Shown here: positions 55,591 through 60,743 of the stretch, one piece after another | Layout: the number at the start of each line of letters is the position of its first letter | Numbering within the stretch: position 1 is the first letter of the stretch | Source: Candidatus Woesearchaeota archaeon | GTDB lineage: Archaea; Nanobdellota; Nanobdellia; Woesearchaeales; JAGVZT01 | Direction of reading: 5' to 3' | Length of the DNA: 60,743 bases | Assembly (NCBI GenBank): GCA_018302335.1 | Contig: JAGVZT010000046.1 | Coordinates: 1-60,743 of the forward strand | Made by a program: the position numbers and the translations under genes | Notes under the pieces: model-generated | Databases searched by the model: none | What the model was told of the DNA's origin: nothing | The model's input: only the letters and a program-made list of their open reading frames with translations

Positions 55591-57957
55591 ATGCTCTTCC
55601 GCTCGCTCGCCCTGAGGAACATCCGGAGCTACATCGACGAGCGCATTGAGTTCCCCGAGGGCACGGTGCTGCTCGCGGGGGACATCGGGAGCGGGAAGAG
55701 CACGATTCTTCTCGCCGCGGAGTTCGCGCTGTTCGGCATCATGCGCGGCGCGCTCAACGGCACCTCGCTCCTGCGCCACGGGGAGCGCGAGGGCGAGGTC
55801 AGCCTGACCTTCGCCATGAACGGCAAGGACATCACGGTGCAGCGCAAGCTCGAGCGCAGGAAGGAGACGGTAGAGCAGTCCAGCGGCGCGCTCATCATCG
55901 ACGGGCTGCAGCACGACCTCTCTCCCGTCGAGCTGAAGAGCAGGATGCTGGAGCTCCTGGGCTATCCCCCGGGACTCCTGACGAAATCCAAGGAGCTCAT
56001 CTACCGCTACACCGTCTACTGCCCGCAGGAGGAGATGAAGGCAATCCTCACCGAAGCCGCAGAGATGCGGATGGACACCCTGCGCAGGCTGTTCCAGGTC
56101 GAGAAGTACCGCACCGTCCGAGAGAACATCCAGGTGGTCAAGCGCGAGCTGAAGTCGCACATCGACTACCTTGGCGGCGAGATTTCGGATGTTGACGACC
56201 TCGGGAAGAGACTTCAGGAGCAACGGCAGCAGTGCGCCGATGCAGAGAGGGAATCGGAACGCTTTTCGGCCGCGATGGCGCAGGATACCCGCGCTGCCGA
56301 CGAAGCCAGGAGCGCGCTCGCTTCACTGGAAATCCGCGGAAAGGAGCTGGAGGCCCTTCGCGTGGAGGACGCCCGCGTCGGGAGCCTGCTCCATGCGACG
56401 ACATCCCATCATCTCCAGGTCGAGGGCGACCTCCAGCGCATGTCCGGCCGGCTCACGGAGCTGTCGCGCATCCCCGAGGCGGACCCTCGCGCCGAGGAGG
56501 AGTACCGCGAGGGGAGCGTGGCGCATGCCGAGGCGGAGCAGCGCATCCGCTCCCTGCAGGAGAAGCTTGCCCGGCTGGATGGCGAGGTGCGGCAGGCGCT
56601 TGCTGCGAAAGAGGAGCTGGTTCGCATCGCGAGAGAGAAACAGCAGCTCCCTCCCCCTGAGGACGTGAGCGGCCATCGGGCTCCGCTGGAGCGCGAGCTG
56701 CACGCCCTGCTCGCGGCAGCTGCGACGCACGAGCACGCGCGCCTGGAGGCAGGGAAGCTGATACAACGACTAGCGTCCCTGGAGGAATGCCCGCTGTGCC
56801 TGCAGAAGGTCGCTCACGAGCACCGCGAATCGCTGCTCTCCACGGAACGAAGCCGACAGGAGGAGAGCGAGAGGCAGCTCAGCCAGACGAACTCACGGCG
56901 CTCTTCACTCAGCGCGGAGCTTGCGGCGCTCGCGGCAAGGGAAAAGGTACAGGAGAGGGCCCGCACGGCGCTGGCAGCCCTGCTCGCCAACGAGAGCCAC
57001 TATCGGGAGCGGGCCGCGAAGCTGGACACGCTCACGGGAGAACGCTCGGACACCCAACGGGCCCTGGCTGCTGCGGAGGAGGCGCGGAGCGCCCTGCCGG
57101 ACCTCGACGGGCTGAAAAAGCGCCTGCACGCGGCGAAGGAAGCCGCGCGTCTCACCGAGGAGCGCGGCCAGCTCTGCAAGCGGCGGGAAGAGCTTCGGAT
57201 GGAGGGGGAGAGACTTGCGAAGGAGTCGCAGGAACTCCAGCGGAAGCGGAGCCTTCTCGAAGCGGACATCCAAAGGTTTAAAAACCTCCCGGAGGAGATA
57301 GGCGAGGCGAAGGCGCTCCAGGAGCGCGCAGGGCGCGCGCTCCGGGAAACTGCAGCCTCTGCTGCGGCGGCCGGGCAACGGGTCTCATCCCTGAAGCAGG
57401 GGATTGCCGCCCTCCAAGGGCAGCTGGCCGCCAAGGAGCTGAAGCGGAAGCGCCTCGGCGAGATGCGCGCATTGCGCGACTGGAGCGAAAAGGAATTCCT
57501 TCCCATGGTGCATGCGATGGAGCAGCAGGTGATGCAGCGGGTCCACCAGGACTTCACTGAGGGGTTCCAGCGCTACCTGAGCATCCTTCTCGAGGGCGAG
57601 GAGCTTACGGTGCGGCTCGACGGGGACTTCGCGCCCGTGGTCGAGCAGAACGGCTACGAGATGCCGGTGGAGGACCTCTCCGGAGGGGAACGGACCTCGC
57701 TGGCACTCGCGTACAGGCTCGCCATCAACCATGTCGTGAACGACCTCGTGACAGGCATCGAGACCCGCGAACTGATCATCCTCGACGAGCCCACGGATGG
57801 GTTCAGCAGCGAGCAGCTTGACAGGTTGCGCGTGGTGCTGGACGAGCTGGCGGTGCGGCAGGCGCTCATCGTCTCGCACGAGAGCAAGATTGAGAGCTTC
57901 GTGCAGCATGTCCTCCGCGTGAGCAAGCACGAGCACGTCAGCAGGGTGACCGCATGA
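55591..57957 (+). CDS. rad50: Rad50/SbcC-type SMC-family ATPase
   Basis: NIRSY, GDIGSGKST, Q-loop, coiled coil with CPLC zinc hook, LSGGE, LDEPT, VSH. Confidence 0.93.
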   Translation: MLFRSLALRNIRSYIDERIEFPEGTVLLAGDIGSGKSTILLAAEFALFGIMRGALNGTSLLRHGEREGEVSLTFAMNGKDITVQRKLERRKETVEQSSGALIIDGLQHDLSPVELKSRMLELLGYPPGLLTKSKELIYRYTVYCPQEEMKAILTEAAEMRMDTLRRLFQVEKYRTVRENIQVVKRELKSHIDYLGGEISDVDDLGKRLQEQRQQCADAERESERFSAAMAQDTRAADEARSALASLEIRGKELEALRVEDARVGSLLHATTSHHLQVEGDLQRMSGRLTELSRIPEADPRAEEEYREGSVAHAEAEQRIRSLQEKLARLDGEVRQALAAKEELVRIAREKQQLPPPEDVSGHRAPLERELHALLAAAATHEHARLEAGKLIQRLASLEECPLCLQKVAHEHRESLLSTERSRQEESERQLSQTNSRRSSLSAELAALAAREKVQERARTALAALLANESHYRERAAKLDTLTGERSDTQRALAAAEEARSALPDLDGLKKRLHAAKEAARLTEERGQLCKRREELRMEGERLAKESQELQRKRSLLEADIQRFKNLPEEIGEAKALQERAGRALRETAASAAAAGQRVSSLKQGIAALQGQLAAKELKRKRLGEMRALRDWSEKEFLPMVHAMEQQVMQRVHQDFTEGFQRYLSILLEGEELTVRLDGDFAPVVEQNGYEMPVEDLSGGERTSLALAYRLAINHVVNDLVTGIETRELIILDEPTDGFSSEQLDRLRVVLDELAVRQALIVSHESKIESFVQHVLRVSKHEHVSRVTA

Positions 57958-58049
57958 GCGAGGAGAAACTCTGCCCGGAATGCGGCGCAGAGCTGAAGAA
58001 GCGGGCCGGGGAGACGTACTGCCCCAAGTGCGGCCTGGTGGTGGAGTAG
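57954..58049 (+). CDS. 31-aa TFIIB-type zinc-ribbon microprotein
   Basis: MSEEKLCPECGAELKKRAGETYCPKCGLVVE; ATGA overlap with rad50. Confidence 0.8.
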   Translation: MSEEKLCPECGAELKKRAGETYCPKCGLVVE

Positions 58050-58196
58050 ATGGAGAGGCAGCTGCTCCTCGGCATCGCTGGCATCCTCGCCTCACTCTGG
58101 CTCCTGCGGCTCCTGCAGCGCAGGCCGCCCCGCGACGAGGTGTACCACATCCTCACCTCGAAGGAGCACATGGTCAAGGGCAGGTTCGAGGAGTAG
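58050..58196 (+). CDS. 48-aa single-TM microprotein
   Basis: MERQLLLGIAGILASLWLL...HILTSKEHMVKGRFEE; abuts the previous stop. Confidence 0.7.
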   Translation: MERQLLLGIAGILASLWLLRLLQRRPPRDEVYHILTSKEHMVKGRFEE

Positions 58197-58201
58197 GCCA
58201 C

Positions 58202-59842
58202 CTAACTAACGAGAACATGCCACCAGGGCAGCTCCATAGCCAAAATGTCCCCATCCTCTGCGCTGACATGCGCCTCAAACACCATCGTAACCGGAATGAT
58301 TGCCAGCAGGCGCCCTCTCCTCGTGGCGCGCACGGCATAAAACGGACCTCCTTCACCGCTCCGTAAGGTTACCTCTTCAGTCACGGCCTGCAGGTAGGAA
58401 CCAATAGCATCTGGAGTCACTTCAATCCTAGAACCCTCAAAGAGTAACTCCTCGTTCACGAGTTTCAGTGTGCCCTCGACACGTGCACTAGCACCTTCCA
58501 CCATGAAACCGCCTCCCTGGACTTCAAGGGTCTTTCCTCGAAACATCGTGCGACCGCAGTCATCAAGACATTCCTCGCCATCCTCGCACTCCTGATTGCC
58601 GCAGAAGGTCACGCAGGAGTTCTCCTCACAGCGCCTGAGAGAAGGGCAGCCGCAATCTGTTGGGCATATGCCGCATCCCTCCACTTCCGAACATACATTA
58701 TCTCCACAGGTTTGGCAGGGCCCGCAGTCCCTCGCGCACGTAGTACAAGTTTCTCCCCCGGAGCAGCGGGCATCCCCGCAGCTCGCACAGTCCTCCGGGC
58801 AATCCTCGCCCGCCTCGCACACCAGATTACCACAGTAGGCGATACAGATACCATCTACGCATCTCCTGTTGCTCGGGCATTCGCCATGAGTGACACATAT
58901 TCCAAATGAGGTATTATACGTTGCCCAGAGGTAATGTTCTCCATCGACGAACGGCTTCGCAAACCTTACGCTCGCAGAGGGCCTTCCGCTTCCATGCCCA
59001 GGTGAAACCTCTTTAACATAGAGAAAGGTTCCATCATCAAAAGCATAGTAGTTGTTGAGAAGGCGCCCAGTTGACATACTCTTTTCGTCATCCGTCAGCC
59101 TGAATTCCCGAGTTTTCACGCCATCGATAAGGAGCACAGCTCGTCGCGGAAGCTCCGAGGGAAAGGCCTCCAAGAGTGTTGCCGTGTGGCTATATCCATA
59201 GAGCGTGAACGTTGAAGTGAATCCCTTGAGGACATCACCCGTCGTCAGGGCAAGCCGACGCAGATTGTAGTCGGTGAGACCTTCTACACCGGGAACGGCA
59301 ATTCTGGGGTGCCAACTCCCCAGCACAGCCTGGCATTTCAGCGAAAGACAATCCATGCCATCCGGACAATCAGCTGCTTGCTCACAAGCTCTCTGCCGAC
59401 AGGTACTCCGGCAGTCCGAACCTACACTACAATCGTCGTCCACCATGCAGGACTGCCCCTCGGTGCTCTTGAGAGACTGTATAGCTGCTACCTCGCCCGC
59501 AGGGAGTGGCGATGCCCACAGATAGAATCGAACGAAACCGGGCTGGCCTTGGTGAATGGATTCTACTGTGAGACGGGAAGCATCAGGCAGGGCATTCCTG
59601 CGTCCCTCCGAAAAGGAGCCATGCAACCGTGCGCTGGTATTGTAGCTCCAGCCTCGAACTGATACTACCGCACTGTCAGTGTTCACAGACTCAACTCTTA
59701 CGGTGAAGAGCTTCCCCTGCAATGAGTATGTTCGGGCGATTCCTTCTGAGAGTTGATCTCTCACTGCGGTCTGTCCTATAGCTGAAGGAGCCCATAACAT
59801 GACAATTGCCACCAATAGCCCTACAAAACTTCTCCATCTCAT
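58202..59842 (-). CDS. Secreted Cys-rich repeat surface protein
   Basis: Signal peptide, GGAGGT RBS, CGNxxCExGExCxxDC repeats, C-terminal beta domain ending LPWW; lower GC. Confidence 0.82.
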   Translation of the reverse strand: MRWRSFVGLLVAIVMLWAPSAIGQTAVRDQLSEGIARTYSLQGKLFTVRVESVNTDSAVVSVRGWSYNTSARLHGSFSEGRRNALPDASRLTVESIHQGQPGFVRFYLWASPLPAGEVAAIQSLKSTEGQSCMVDDDCSVGSDCRSTCRQRACEQAADCPDGMDCLSLKCQAVLGSWHPRIAVPGVEGLTDYNLRRLALTTGDVLKGFTSTFTLYGYSHTATLLEAFPSELPRRAVLLIDGVKTREFRLTDDEKSMSTGRLLNNYYAFDDGTFLYVKEVSPGHGSGRPSASVRFAKPFVDGEHYLWATYNTSFGICVTHGECPSNRRCVDGICIAYCGNLVCEAGEDCPEDCASCGDARCSGGETCTTCARDCGPCQTCGDNVCSEVEGCGICPTDCGCPSLRRCEENSCVTFCGNQECEDGEECLDDCGRTMFRGKTLEVQGGGFMVEGASARVEGTLKLVNEELLFEGSRIEVTPDAIGSYLQAVTEEVTLRSGEGGPFYAVRATRRGRLLAIIPVTMVFEAHVSAEDGDILAMELPWWHVLVS

Positions 59843-60743
59843 GGTGACCTCCGCGCTGCGAACCGTATCCACCAAGGCCCGCTCTGTCGAATTGTATCAC
59901 CAGACAACGCATTTACCTCCACGGTGAGTTCAGCGCTTCTCGTGATAATACCGAAGAGCTTAACACTTCTTTCAACGTACACCTTGTACCGGGGACCCTG
60001 CTCATCCATCTCAAGGACGATGGAGGAGATATTTCCCTGGACTATTGAAGAGATTTCATCAGGCAGAACCCTCAGCTGCAGTGCCGCGGCTCCTTCGGTA
60101 AGATTGCGGACAAACAGGTTGCCTTCGCTAAGCTGAATTTCGTAAGGGCTCGTCACGGTCACAGAGTCTACTGAAAAATAGCCATCGGCCAGCTCCACCT
60201 CCGTGGTCCTTCCGCTTCTGTTAAGAATCATAATTGGGCAGTCTCGGGCGCACCTTCTCCTTCGCTACACTGAGCATCACCGCATCGATTGGAGCAATCT
60301 ACCCAGCACGTTTGCCGCTCTCTAGCATCGCATACATTGTTGCCACAAGAGATGATACAAGCACCCCGCTCGCAGCGCCATCCCTTTGGGCAATCATAAA
60401 CGATCTGGCAGGGGCCTTCAGTCCGATTATAAGTGAGCCAGTTTCTGTACTCCCCCTCAATGAACGGAACCGCAAGCCGGAGCGTGGCTCCGCTCCTAAC
60501 GCTCGGATGTTGGCTCACCGCAACGTCCACGGCGTACAGATACGATCCATCGTCGAATGTATAATTCAGATATCTGCTGTGTCCCCGCACCGTGGCTTCC
60601 TGGACGGACGGGTACAAGGTCCAGTTCAGGGCCCCGTCTACTTCCACGGTCACAGAGTCTACTGAAAAATAGCCATCGGCCAGCTCCACCTCCGTGGTCC
60701 TTCCGCTTCTGTTAAGAATCATAATTGGGCAGTCTCGGGCGCA
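59839..60743 (-). CDS. Paralogous Cys-rich surface protein, partial and disrupted as assembled
   Basis: Shares FDDG.YLY, PF..GE...W.TYN, CGN..C and KLFGII...GPWW blocks with the neighbour; frame breaks at about 60252. Confidence 0.7.
60154..60743 (+). repeat. Exact 99-nt direct repeat, second copy ending at the window end
   Basis: 60154-60252 is identical to 60645-60743. Confidence 0.92.

Noticed and set aside
60154-60743. 99-nt repeat as a diversity-generating retroelement TR/VR pair
   Set aside because: The copies are identical with no adenine-specific mismatches, there is no reverse transcriptase in the window, and one copy ends exactly at the sequence end.

Overview
High-GC archaeal chromosomal segment, most likely a DPANN (Woesearchaeota-like) genome. 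This is inferred from the split rpoB''/B' and rpoA'/A'' operon with rpl30e-nusA-rps12, archaeal AlaRS, Rpp21, NurA, AMP phosphorylase, a PGF-pre-PGF protein and TATA promoters. The most striking locus is a tightly coupled eight-gene operon (44766-52082) joining NAD synthesis and ADP-ribose recycling enzymes (Gln-dependent NadE, NMNAT-like, NUDIX, ADP-ribosylglycohydrolase, NADK2-like kinase) to a Ser/Thr kinase, a vWA protein and a truncated pyruvate-kinase-fold protein. Other highlights: a dispersed 55-70 nt palindromic repeat family (about 14 intergenic copies), two adjacent tRNAs with non-canonical D-loop and T-loop introns, a MutS lacking its Phe-X-Glu mismatch motif, histidine catabolism genes, a phenylalanine hydroxylase, two toxin-antitoxin cassettes, several unannotated microproteins and Gly- or Cys-repeat surface proteins. 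Several small duplications and indels may be assembly artefacts. All family calls are by motif recognition; no database search was run.
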